Source of the DNA: Octopus sinensis | Lineage: Eukaryota | Reading direction: 5' to 3' | Assembly (NCBI RefSeq): GCF_006345805.1 | Contig: NC_043003.1 | Location: 14,136,001-14,200,000 of the forward strand | DNA: 64,000 bases | In this document: positions 48,265 to 60,545 of the stretch, in pieces | Layout of the letters: every line of letters begins with the position of its first letter | Position numbering within the stretch: the stretch's first letter is position 1 | The notes under the pieces: model-generated | The model's input: the letters and a program-made list of their open reading frames with translations, nothing else | Told to the model about the DNA's origin: nothing | The model's database searches: none | Position numbers and translations under genes: made by a program

Positions 48265-48433
48265 ATTTACACCAAAACTTGTTTTCTTAGCACTGACTAG
48301 CATCCTTCTTTCTGTGGCTAAACACTAAAGTATGAAGCAGAAACTGCAGCTGGGTTGTCAACACTTTGGATACTTGCTCTCTACAATGGATTATACACAA
48401 AAACATTTTGGGTTAAATCCAACATTGGAGCTT

Positions 48434-48659
48434 TAACCCTTTAGCATTCAGATTATTCTGTCAAATATAATATTTATTTATCCATATTGTTTTAAGCTAA
48501 TCATGCATTATTTCGTAGCTTTAAGATTTCGATGATGTTATCACCTGTTTTTAGATTGACATTAGAGGTTGGTGTGAGATACCAAATCTGGGCAATTTTA
48601 ACAGAAAACAGGTAGATTATTTGGGCTGGATATGGCCGGTTTAAACACTAAAGAGTTAA
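48434..48659. mobile_element. TTAA-type MITE P1, intact; a second degraded copy at about 48705-48893
   Basis: TTAA|CCCTTTAGCATT ... AACACTAAAGAG|TTAA. Confidence 0.8.
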
Positions 48660-49669
48660 TATGGATCGAATGGTTTCGTTTGCCAAGGAACATTTCCTTT
48701 CATCTTAACCCATTAACATTTAGACCATACTCCTGTCTTGAATTAATCAGGTGTCACGTTATAGCTTTGAGATTTTGATAATGTAATTGTTTATGTTTAG
48801 AATGACTTTGTAGGGTAAGTGTGAGGGGCCAGATCTGGCCAGTTTGAACGTAAAACAAGGCCGGGTGTGGTTAGTTTAAATGCTAAAGAATTAGCTCATG
48901 CATTTTTATTTTACTTGTTTACATGCCCATGCAAAGATTTGATCTCAATAATCAAAATCAAATCAAATTCGCAAATTCGTTGACTGGCACCCGTGCCAGT
49001 GGAGTGCTAAGAGCACCATCCAAGTGTGATTACTGACTGGCTTCTGTACCGGTGGCACGTAAAAAGCACCATTCAAATGGGATCGTTACCAGCGTCGCCT
49101 TACTGGCACTTGTGCTGGTGGCACGTGGAAAACATTCGAGCAAGGTCGTTGCCAGTGCCGCTAGACTGGCTCCTGTGCCAATGGCACATAAAAAACACCA
49201 CTTGAGCGTGGCCGTTGCCAGTACTGCCTGACTGGCCCTCGTGCCAGTGACACGTAAAAGCACCCACTACACTCTCGGAGTGGTTGGCGTTAGGAAGGGC
49301 ATCCAGCTGTAGAAACTCTGCCAGATCAAGATTGGAGCCTGGTGCAGCTGTCTGGTTCGCCAGCCCTCAGTCAAAATCATCCAACCCATGCTAGCATGGA
49401 AACTAGACGTTAAACGATGATGAATGCAAGCATACAAAACACTTACACGATGTCCCAGCTGCCTACAACAGTGAACTTGGTTATTCGCTTTACCAAGGTG
49501 ACAGTACAACACCACCAGCCTCACTAGATTCTGTAATATCTTCCCAGCTGATGAATAAAACATCCATTGCTGATATTTGGCAGCATATTGATTTAGGTAG
49601 CAGTGAACTTCAATCTATTTAGTCTGCACCTATATGACAATAATTCACCTTTTATCTGGTATGCGAAGG

Positions 49670-49870
49670 CGCATGGCTCAGTGGTTAGAGTGTCGAGCTT
49701 ACGATTGTGAGGTTGTGAGTTCGAATCATGGACCAAGCTGCGTGTTGTGTTCTTGAGCAAGACACTTTATTTCACGTTGCTCCAGTTCACTCAGCTGTAG
49801 AAATGAGTTGCGATGTCACAGGTGCCAAGTTGTATCGGCCCCTTTACCTTTCTCTTGGATAACACTTGTG
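49670..49870 (+). mobile_element. tRNA-headed SINE of another family, 3'-truncated
   Basis: GGCGCATGGCTCAGTGGTTAGAG (A box) and GAGTTCGAATC (B box), then GTTCTTGAGCAAGACACTTTATTTCACGTTGCTC; a related copy lies at about 51800-52040. Confidence 0.75.
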
Positions 49871-49871
49871 G

Positions 49872-50113
49872 CTGTAGCCCATCTTTTATACCAAGACAAA
49901 ACAATGTACATGATAACACTTCCAATCAGTTAAGATCAGAAGCCATGGGAGCCACTGCCTGGTACTGCATCAGGGCATAGCACGTCTGTGGTATTGAGCA
50001 GAATATTTGCTGTAGTCCATCTTTTATACCATGACAAAATAATGTACATGATAACACTTCCAATCAGTTGAGATCAAAAGCCATGAAAGACAAGACACTG
50101 CCTGATATTGCAT
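49872..50113 (-). mobile_element. Family B 5' region, two tandem units
   Basis: Two units of about 105-135 bp matching 18535-18665 in reverse orientation. Confidence 0.8.
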
Positions 50114-50975
50114 ATTATTAATATTTTTATTATTATTAAGGTGGCAAGCTGGCAGAATCGTTAGCACACTGGACAGAATGCTTAGCAGTACTTTGCCCAT
50201 CGCTACGTTCTGAGTTCAAATTCCACCAAGGTCGACTTTACCTTTCATCCTTTCAAGGTCAATAAATTAAGTACCAGTTAAGTACTGGAGCCGATATAAT
50301 CAACTTCCCACCCACCCATCCAAATTTCATGCCTTGTGCCAATAGTAGAAAGGATTATTATTATTATTAAGGCGGCAAACCAGCAGAATAGTTACTGTGC
50401 TTAACGGTAACTATTCCACCCATCAGAGTTCAAATTCCACCTTTCCTCCCTCTCAAGGTTAAAAAAACATGTACCAGTTGAGCACTGGGACCAATGTAAA
50501 TTGACTCACCCCCTCCCCCAAATTTCTGTCTTGGTACCAAAATATAAAACCATTATTCCTATTATTAGAAAGGGGAGGATTTTAGAAAATAAAAAAGATT
50601 AACAAAAAAATCCAAAAATATTTTATATTCAAACCCTCAGAGGGAAATTTGTTGAAATTTTTAAGTGTAAATAAAAATTGTGGATATGGCAAATAAATTA
50701 TGCTGAAGCACTCTCCGTAGAGAATTAAATTATGAATTTCACATTTGAATTTGGCAACTTACTACAATGCTATTAGCCAAGTTTTCTTATCTGTTCTTTT
50801 TCTTTTTTTTTTTTGCTTGTTTCTTTCTTTCTTTCTTTTCTTATTAATGCATAAAATGTGAAAAACGCGGACAGGAAAGGCATTTGATGTGTACGTAAAC
50901 ATAATCTACAATCTTTGAGGATCTAACAATAAACTGGAATGAGGTGTGAACTATATGTGTGCACGTATGTGTATA

Positions 50976-51040
<65 letters not shown>

Positions 51041-51043
<3 letters not shown>

Positions 51044-51320
51044 CCAGCCTCGCCTGGCCCCCGTGCCGGTGACACGTAAAAGCACCATCCATTCGTGGCT
51101 GTTTGCCAGCTCTGTCTGGCACCAGTGCGGGTGGCACGTAAAAAGCACCCACTACACTCACGGAGTGGTTGGCGTTAGGAAGGGCATCCAGCCGTAGAAA
51201 CACTGCCAGATCTGACTGGGCCTGATGAAGCCTTCCGGCTTCACAGACCCCAGTTGAACCGTCCAACCCATGCTAGCATGGAAAACGGACGCTAAATGAT
51301 GATGATGATGATGATGATGA
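51041..51320 (+). mobile_element. Young RTE 3' UTR subfamily copy
   Basis: Inverted near-identical partner of 25730-26003; (GAT)n tail. Confidence 0.88.
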
Positions 51321-52079
51321 TATATGTATTGGCACTCATGCCAGTGGAGTGTTGAAAGTACATCCGAGCGTGATCATTGCCAGGGTCACAGATTGGCTCC
51401 CGTGCTGGTGACACGTGAAAAGCACCATTCGAGCATTATCGTTGCCGGCATCGCTTTACCAGCACATGTGCTGGTGGCACATGAAAAACATTCGAGGTAC
51501 CAAGTAAAAACACCTTTTGAGCGTGGTTGTTGCCAGAAACACCTGACTGGCCCTCATGCCAGCGGCACATAAAAGCATCCACTATACTCCTGGAGTGGTT
51601 GGCATTAGGAAGAGCATCCAGCTGTAGAAACCATGCCAAAATCAGACTGGAACCTGGTGCAGCTCTGTGGTTCACCAGTCCTCAGTCAAACCATCCAACC
51701 CATGCCAGCATGGAAAGTGGACATAAAATGATAATGATGATGATGATGATATATATATATGCATGTATATATGTGTGTGTATGTGTATATGTATGTATGT
51801 GAAAGCACATGGCTTAGTGGTTAAAGTGTTGCACTCATGATCACAAGATCATGGGTTCGATTCCCAGACCAGGCATTCTATTGTCTTCTTGAGCAAAGCA
51901 CATCATTTCACGTTGCTCTGCAATCGTTTCAATGTTGGACATGTGGCACCCATTGCACCTGTACAGGTAATATCAATCTGATGGAGGAAGTGAGCTTATG
52001 CCTACAGACACTATAAATAAATCATCTTTGTGGCTGTCTGGTAAGAAATTGTCAAACCTTCATACGTCACCTAATGACG

Positions 52080-52113
52080 GGAGAGTTCATCATATGTACA
52101 TATGTGTATATAT

Positions 52114-52162
<49 letters not shown>

Positions 52163-52321
52163 TATGAATACATATATGTGTGTATATGTATATATGCATT
52201 TGCGTGTATATATGTATATATGTATATATATATATATATATTATATATATATATATATATATAAATATATGAATACATATATGTGTGTATATGTATATAT
52301 GCATTTGCGTGTATATATGTA

Positions 52322-52360
<39 letters not shown>

Positions 52361-52402
52361 ATATATGTATGTGTGTATATACATATATATATATATATAT
52401 AT
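52080..52402. repeat. (TA)n-rich array with an internal duplication of about 105 bp
   Basis: AAATATATGAATACATATATGTGTG...GCATTTGCGTG occurs twice. Confidence 0.9.
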
Positions 52403-52919
52403 AGGACTAATGTATTTGGACATTGTGAAAGCCGTACAGAGCCAATAGGTTACAGGTACTTTAGGAATATCATGGCTTTGTTCATCTTTACATCAACAAC
52501 AAAAGAAGAAGAAGAAGAATGCAAGAACACATGAACGCAACAACTTTTATCTTATCTGAGCAGCTTGGCTAAAATCTTCTAATATGTTTGGTGAAAGAAA
52601 GAAAGCAGAAGAAATGTATGCTTAAAAGAAAAACTTATGATTCTGAATTAGTATATATGCATTCTGTAGAAATAACAAGATACCTTACCTACAAAAATAC
52701 ACGCCAATAATCCATCCATTATTATAATTTTTCGTTCATATTTTTATTCTTTTACTTTTGGTCTTTTCCTGCAAAATATCCTACTGGAATAGAAAAAAAA
52801 ACAGGGTAAAATGTAATGAACCAACTTTTATTTGTCATTCAATTCTAAAATAAATTATTTTATTCTCATTGAAAATACAAAATATTTTTTCAAAAATACA
52901 AAATATATATTTGAGAATA

Positions 52920-53110
52920 TAAAATATATATATATTTGCAAATATATATAAATTTTAAAATATATATTTGCAAATATATATGAATTTTAAAATATATATT
53001 TGCAAATATATATGAATTTTTAAATATATATTTGCAAATATAAAATGTATTTTAAAATATATATTTGCAAATATGAAATATATTTTAAAATATATATATA
53101 TATTTGAAAA
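52920..53110. repeat. 32-33 bp AT-rich tandem repeat with palindromic core
   Basis: TTTGCAAA at 52935, 52967, 52999, 53031 and 53064. Confidence 0.9.
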
Positions 53111-53293
53111 TATAAATATTTTCAAAGCCATATTTATATTTGTTCATTTTAAAGAAAATATTAGTAAAAATGTTTATATCTGTAAGCCGAGGATTCTTTT
53201 TTCAATTTCTAGATATTTATATCATGCATTTTGTGGACAAGGACATCAATAGTTACAGGTTTCTGACAGGCCAATCACTGTCTCACTACATTT

Positions 53294-53918
53294 AACCCTT
53301 AAACATTTAATCTGGCCACATCCAGCCCAAATATTCTACCTGGTTCATGTTAAAGCTGATTGGATCCAGCCTCTCACACCTACCCAACAATGTCATTCTA
53401 AAAATATACAAACACACCTAGGTATAGGAGTGGCTGTGTGGTAAGTAGCTTGCTTACCAACTACATGGCTCTACGTGGCACCTTGAGCAAGTGTCTTCTA
53501 CTATAGCCTTGAGCCAACCAAAGCCTTGTGAGTGGATTTGGTAAACGGAAACTGAAAGAAGCCCATCGTATATATGTATATATACATATATGTGTGTGTG
53601 TGTTTGTGTGTCTGTGTATGATCCCCCAACATCGCTTGACAACGAACCGATGCTGGTGTGTTTACATCCCCATAACTTAGTGGTTCGGCAAAAGAGACCG
53701 ATACAATAAGTACTGGGCTTACAAAGAATAAGTCCTGGGGTCAATTTGCTCGACTAAAGGCAGCGCTCCAGCATGGCCACAGTCAAAATGACTGAAACAA
53801 GTAAAAGAGTACACCACTAAAATCTTGAAGCTGTGAGATAATGCGTGATTAATTCAAATCAATGTGAATAAATAAGCAATACATTTGACAAAGAAATTTG
53901 AATGCAGAAGGATATAAA
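53294..53918. mobile_element. TTAA-type MITE P1 interrupted by a family A SINE
   Basis: MITE sequence resumes after the SINE tail; short ACACC duplication at the junctions. Confidence 0.7.
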
Positions 53919-54315
53919 AATGGTTAAGTGGGACAAGGGAATGTCAAACCCATTGCTAATAACAAAATATTTACCCAGCTTGCCAGTTGTTTGTGACACC
54001 AGTGATTTATGAATCACTGTTTTTCAATATCAACAGAAGAGAAATTTGTTTAAGCATGTGACTGATAGTGGATAATTGCTGATGATGATTCGCAAAGACA
54101 CAAAAATCTAGATTTAGCAATTCCACTGCTGTTGCTAGACACCTCTTTGTTTGCCTTGAAGTGAAAGGCCTGATCTGACCAGGTTCAACATAAAACAGAT
54201 TAAATATTTTGACCCAATACAGCTGGTTTGAATGCTAACAGGTTAACACACAGCTGGCTATTTTGATTAAGGAACAGACACATTAAATATTACAGTTCTA
54301 AGCACCCCTATAAAA

Positions 54316-54573
54316 GACAGGATTGTCACAGCTGGAATACCCTTGATCATAGGTCAATTTGAGGAAAGTTGATTTAGAACAACTAGACAACTATGTCTGG
54401 AATATTTTGGCCAATTTTGGCCAGTTTAAATGCTAATGGGTTAAGACAGGATGGTCGCAGTTGGAATACTCTTGATCATAGGTCTATTTGAGGAAAGTTG
54501 ATTTAGAACAACTAAACAACTATGTCCAGAATATTTTGGCCAAATTTGGCCAGTTTAAATGCTAATGGGTTAA
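54316..54573. repeat. 129-bp tandem duplication
   Basis: GACAGGAT...AAATGCTAATGGGTTAA twice, with several substitutions; each unit ends in a P1-type terminus. Confidence 0.9.
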
Positions 54574-55523
54574 TGGTAAATGGTTAGGTAAAGACACAGT
54601 ATGTGACTTTTGGCAGTAAGGGTGAATTATAATGAATTGGAGAATTTTATTGTTGTTTTCTGATGCTGTGTGTTTTGTTGAACATTTCAAAGGAAAATTG
54701 CTGATAATAAAATAAAAAGGAAGACAAAACAAAAGAAATGTCTTTATTTATTTATTTATTTATTATTATTTTTTTTTTTTTGATGAAATTGATTGGTAAT
54801 GTTAAAAATGTTTAAAAAAAGGTTTATGGGCTAATGTTTTCATTTACAGCTTTATCTCAAAGAATAAAGTGCTATTTAGGATTCGGCTTGGTTCAATAGA
54901 GGACCGAAAGAATTCCATTCAAATATATGAAATGAAATATATTAGAACATCGTTTTATTTTCATTGTTGTGGCTTGTTTTGTTGTTTTGTTTTTTTTCCT
55001 GTGAATTGCAGATGAATTCCGCTTATAGAATTTCAGGTGTGGTAGATAATAGATATTGAACACACAGACAATTTGGTGGAATTTTAAATTAGGAATGTAG
55101 CTTTACGAAAGTTCCTTGTCATACATCTGTGAAGATTAGTATTTAATGAAAAATACAAGCACACATACATGCGCATATTGCACAAAAATGCATTTTGAGA
55201 TGAACGGCGACTTTTCCTAGGTAAGATCTTAGAGTTTTGAAGTTCTCTCATGAGGAAATTTAAATTCACTTAGTCATATGTAAGCAAATTTGCTGGAATT
55301 CTATTCAGATATTGTTCTGAAATACCAATGATGATGTTTTCTGTCATATTTTTGCAGAAGGAAGAAAATATATTTTTAGGTAATTGCTAGCGTAAATGTA
55401 AATGAAATTTTCAGCAGGAATGTGAATCGTTGAGGAAGAGAAACGTCTAAATAGGAATAACATTGAGGACAGGGTGTTTAACCCTTTAGCATTTAGATTA
55501 CTCTGTTAAATGGGATGCTTCAC

Positions 55524-56218
55524 ATCATCATCATCATCATCATTTAAGGTCCGCTTTCCATGCTAGCATGGGTTGGATGATTTGACTGAGCATTGGTGAA
55601 CCAGATGGCTGCACCAGGCTCCAATCTTGATCTGGCAGAATTTCTACAGCTGCATGCCCTTCCTAATGCCAACCACTCTGAGAGTGTAGTGGGTGCTTTT
55701 ACGTGCCACCGGCATGAGGGCCAGTTAGGCGGTACTGGCAACGGCCACAAAAAAAAGCGGTTTTTTTTTACATGTCACCTGCACACCGACACAAGTGCCA
55801 GTAAGGTGAGGCTGGTAACGATCATGCTCGAATGATGCTTTTTACGTGCCACTGGCACAAATGCCAGTTAGCCACTCTTGCAACAATCACACTCGGATGG
55901 TGCTCTTAGTGCTCCACTAGCACAGATGCCAGTCATTGAATTTGATTTCGATTTCAGTTTCACTTGCCTCAACAGGTCTTCGCAAGCAGAGTTTAGTGTC
56001 CAATGAAGGGAATGTACACATAAGTGGGCTGGTTACACCCCTGGCTTAGGCCACAAGGTTATGGTCTCACTTGGCTTGCCGGGTCTTCTCAAGCACAGCA
56101 TATTTCAAAAAGTCTCAGTCACTGGTCATTGCCTCGGTGAGGCCTAAAGTTCGAAGGTCATGCTTCACCACCTCATCCCAGGTCTTCCTGGGTCTACCTC
56201 TTCCACAGGTTCCCTCAA
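55524..56218 (-). mobile_element. RTE LINE 3' end: ORF C-terminus plus full 3' UTR
   Basis: 56216-56067 translates EGTCGRGRPRKTWDEVVKHDLRTLGLTEAMTSD*DFLKYAVLEKTRQAK* (RTE GRPRKTW...DR..W motif); the UTR is family C; (CAT)n tail. Confidence 0.9.
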
Positions 56219-57225
56219 TTTTAGTATCGCATCACCTGGCATAAAGCCACTTCCCTCCATACCCCAACCCCAAGTTGAGGGATCTTCTTGTCTTACAAGT
56301 TATTTTGTGACCTCACTGGAGCCAGTGACCCTGTAAAAAGCACCCAGTACACTCTGTAAAGTGGCTGGCATTAGGAAGAGCATCTAGTAGTAGAAACCAT
56401 TCCAAAGTAGGCATTGGAACTCAGCACAAACCTCTAGCTCACTAGGCCCTCTTGAATCATTCCAACCTATGCCCGTATGGAGAATAGATGTTAAATAGTG
56501 GTAATGATGATGTTAACCGATGAAAAAACTTTTAGTGAAAAATTTAGCTTATAATACTGTTGAAACCCAGCAGAATCTAAACAAAACATTGCAAGTTATA
56601 AAACTATACAGTAAAACAGATACTAATTGATGTTTAACCAAATTTTACAAAGGTATTTTTTTGTAACATGAGCTAGAAAGTGTTTTGAGAAAAACATACC
56701 AGTTAATCAGTACATCTAATACTCTATCATTTTTGTAGCTTGATACGAAAACTAACTTCAACAACAAGCCAAATGGATTATTATATTTACTGCATTCCTA
56801 AAAGCTGACGTTGCACCAGGTATATATTTATCATGGTAACATTGAAAAAACAAAACATGAAGAGGAGAGTGCATTTGTTGGAATCATAAAAAAAAAAAAA
56901 ACATTTCGTACTCGCATCGGAAACTTATCATACAAACAGGAAAGATGCACCAACTGTGCGCATTTGAATAGCTGTTAATGTTACTCAACAAGATCTACAT
57001 ATACAAATAAAATATTAATGTTTGAGTCTTCAACAAGTTGCCCCTTGTTTACATGAGTTTGCTTACTGTTTTCTTACATCTTGTTTTTATAAACTTTCTT
57101 TCTAAAGCAATGAGGAGCAAGTATATCACACAATTACACAATCAAGCCTCAAAACTAAGAAATTGAGCTTGGATACTAAACATCATATTACAAGTTAATA
57201 GAACTGACACGAAATGTGCATCTTT

Positions 57226-57459
57226 AAGGCGGCGAGCTGGCAGAATCGTTAGCACGCTAGACGAAATGCTTAGCGGTATTTCGTCTGCCGTTACGTTCTG
57301 AGTTCAAATTCCGCCGAGGTCGATTTTGCCTTTCATCCTTTTGATGTCGATAAATTAAGTACCAGTTACACACTGGGGTTGATGTAATCGACTTAATCCC
57401 TTTGTCTGTCCTTGTTTGTCCTCTCTGTGTTTAGCCCCTTGTGGGCAATAAAGAAATAA
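57226..57459 (+). mobile_element. SINE family M (tail 1), near-consensus
   Basis: Complete; imperfect TSD GAAATGTG(C/T)AT. Confidence 0.92.
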
Positions 57460-58170
57460 GAAATGTGTATTTTTTAACAATGAATGAGCAAGAGTAATAG
57501 CCTAAAGCTGTAACAAGCTTACGTTCTAGCCAAAAAGCACAAATTATTTTGGAGAGAGGGAATTACTTTGTAATTATAAACTAAGCAGTCAATTTTTTAA
57601 AAAGTCAGTAAGGGAGAAATCCCTTACTAAATACCAATACATACATATATAAAAACAAATATCTTTGTGTATACAGGGTGCGGTGAATAAACTTTCATCT
57701 AAATTACGCAAAAATAAAAATAACACCAGCATCTCATTTTAACAGATATATTTACCAAAATTGCTGGTTAAGTCTTTCAATAGTAAAAGATACAAAATCT
57801 TAAGGAATTCTAGTGCATTTCCAACATCCTTTTTCTATATCTCCACCTTGGTGTGATTATATATATATATCCATCTCTCTCTTTGGGAGAGGCACAAGCA
57901 CCTACATGCACATATACACACACGGCAGTAACTTCCACCTACCGAATTCAATCACAAAGCTCCGGTCAGCTCGGGGCTATACTGGAGACACCTACCCAAA
58001 GTGCCACGCAGTGGGACTGAACCCGAAACCATGTAGCTAGGAAGCAAGCTCCCTAACCACACAGCCATGCCCGATATATTTTCTGTGTATCTTCCTGAGC
58101 GCCATACTAATACAATTGTTTGTTTATATTCCACCTGCCTTCGTCTTTTGTTTATTTTCATAAAGCTTCC

Positions 58171-58250
<80 letters not shown>

Positions 58251-58315
58251 ATATAGATAGATAGATATATAAAACAAACTACTCCAAATCATTATTAGTG
58301 TATCCTCATAGTAGA

Positions 58316-58680
58316 GGCACAATGGCCCAGTGGTTAAGGCAGCGGACTCGCAGTTGTAGGATCACAGTTTTGATTCCCAGACTGGGTGTTGCGAGTGTTT
58401 ATTGAGCAAAAAGACCTAAATCTCCACGCGGCTCCAGCCCGGGGGGGGGGGCGATCCCTGCTGTACTCCTTCACTACAACTTTCTCTTACTCTTTCTTCC
58501 TGTTTCTGTTGTACCTGTATTTCAAAAGACAAGCCTTGTCACATTCTGTGTCACACTGAATCTCCCCGAGAACTACGTTAAGGGTGCATGTGTCTGTGAA
58601 GGGATCAGTCATGAGCAGGCTGTTCTCTGTTGATTGGATCAACTGGAACCCTTGTCATCGCAACCGACAGAGTGCCACGT
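58316..58680 (+). mobile_element. tRNA-derived SINE with an Arg-like head
   Basis: GGCACAATGGCCCAGTGGTTAAGGCAGCGGACTCGC...GATTCCC head with no cloverleaf closure, continuing into a non-tRNA body. Confidence 0.75.
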
Positions 58681-59044
58681 TATCTACATAAGGAGAATCG
58701 GAACCAGCTAGTTTGTCCTGGCATCAACATATATATAAGTTGTAATAATGAAATCAAACCAAATAGTGATATTTTGAAATCATTCAAAACATATGTTTCA
58801 GGCCTGTGTAATATATAATAGAAAATATAACTACTATTACAACTTACACACACACATACACATGCGAAGAAAAGGGTAACAGTGGTTTTGAAGTTTTGGC
58901 TTACTTGCTGTCAGAACGAGAGAAGCTGAAACTTCGAACTCACTGTCAGTGGTTTCCTTGTGAAAAGTATTAAATCTGAACTCCATTAAAATGCATTTTT
59001 ATCTTTTATATATAAGTTGACATAAAAATAACATTAACATATTT

Positions 59045-59159
59045 CTCTCTATATATGTATATATACATACATATATGCACATATATATGATATATAGTAC
59101 ATATACATACATATATATACATGCATACATACATACATGATATATAGTACATATATATG

Positions 59160-59201
<42 letters not shown>

Positions 59202-59370
59202 TGATAATAAAAACATATATATATATATATATATATGATAATAAAAACATGTATATATAATATATAAATATATACATGGTATATAATATATATGTGTGTG
59301 TGTGTATATATATATACACACACACATATATATATATATAATATATATAAATATAAATTTATATATATGA
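59045..59370. repeat. (TA)n/(TACA)n microsatellite
   Basis: Direct reading. Confidence 0.95.
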
Positions 59371-59832
59371 AATTCATGTAGAGCTTTATTTTCGTACTGA
59401 AAATATATATTTTGACAAAATCTACAAAGGATTCTGCTCTTTAATAATTCTCAATTAGTGAAATAACACTTTGAAATAATGATTAGCAATACATAAATTG
59501 TATGAAAGAAGGCCATCATACGAAAATGGTTTAAATTGACTATTAGCTAATTTCATAAATAAATTTAATAAATTGACCAATTCAAGTCCTTTGAAATTCA
59601 TTTATTATTGAAAGTTAAATTTTTATCTTATTTCTATTTTCAACAAATTTTCATTGATTATTTAAAAAGATACAGGCATGGCTGTGTGGTTAAGGAGCTT
59701 GTTTTCTCGCTATGTGGTTTCAGTTTCAATCCTCCCCTGTGGCACTTTGCAAGCCAAGCGCTTTCTTCTATAGCTCTAAACTGACCAAAACCTTGTGAAC
59801 AAATTTGATAGACAGAAACTGAAAGAAGCTTG

Positions 59833-59868
<36 letters not shown>

Positions 59869-59900
59869 CATCCTCGTCCTTACCCAGGGCTTTATTACTG

Positions 59901-60137
59901 CTGAAGGTGGTGAGCTGGCAGAAACATTGGCACACCGGGCGAAATGTGTAGCCATATTTCATCTGCCGTTACGTTCTGAGTTCAAATTCCACCGAGGTCG
60001 ACTTTGCCTTTCATCCTTTCGGGGTCGATAAATTAAGTACCAGTTATGCACTGGGGTCGATGTCATCAACTGAATCCATTTGTCTGTCCTTGTTTGTTCC
60101 CTCTATGTTTAGCTCCTTGTGGGCAATAAAGAAACAT
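59901..60137 (+). mobile_element. SINE family M (tail 1) with about 15-bp TSD
   Basis: TATTACTGCTGAAGG vs TATTACTACTGAAGG on the two flanks. Confidence 0.88.
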
Positions 60138-60189
60138 ATTACTACTGAAGGAGGAACCCTTCTTGGACTCTTTCTACCACTATCTGTCT

Positions 60190-60545
60190 CTGGTCAGTCG
60201 TAGCCATGTAGGCCCCAGGTAGTGAGTGAGATCATCTCACCATCTTGTCTTTGGTCAACTTCTTGATCTTGTCTTTGGTCAACTTTTTGATCTTGTCCAT
60301 AGTCTTGGTGTACATTCCATCCGCCTGATTGTCCATCTATTGTCCCTCAGCCACATGATGTGGCCAGCCCATTTATATATTTGTTCTCTTTGATGGATCT
60401 TGTGATGTCACTGACTTTTCTGTGCTGTGGAATCCAGGTGTTGGTTTTCTTGTCCTGCAATGTGATGCCAAGCATAGTCCATTCCCTTTTCTGTTTGTGT
60501 CTCATGCTCTCAAAAATATAGCATAGCACTTCTTGCTCCATCAAA
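60190..60545 (-). mobile_element. Degenerate RTE-clade LINE ORF fragment (second RTE lineage)
   Basis: Minus strand gives MLGITLQDKKTNTWI...KVSDITRSIK and, after a frameshift, AGHIMWLRDNRWT, matching RTE motifs MLGIxLxDxxxNxWIR and WAGHxxRxxDNRWT. Confidence 0.8.

Noticed and set aside
49872-49975. Patchy similarity of the family B reverse strand to U2 snRNA (ATCAGTTAAGATC, CCTGGTACTGCA)
   Set aside because: The matches are short and gapped, the orientation is antisense to the element's tail, and the branch-point pairing region and Sm site are not preserved. It would need a covariance-model score.
51222-51246. CTGATGA followed by a hairpin in the RTE UTR, resembling a hammerhead
   Set aside because: No GAAA follows stem II; the bases form a plain TGAAGCC/GGCTTCA hairpin.
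52157-52360. About 105-bp duplication inside a TA array
   Set aside because: Ordinary slippage or an assembly artefact in low-complexity DNA.
57674-57780. TA|CAGGGTG mariner-like terminus
   Set aside because: No matching second TIR was found, so the element cannot be delimited.
58316-58390. tRNA gene calls for SINE heads (also 49670, 51800, 20628)
   Set aside because: A/B-box-like motifs are present but there is no closed acceptor stem or terminator, and each head continues into a multi-copy SINE body.
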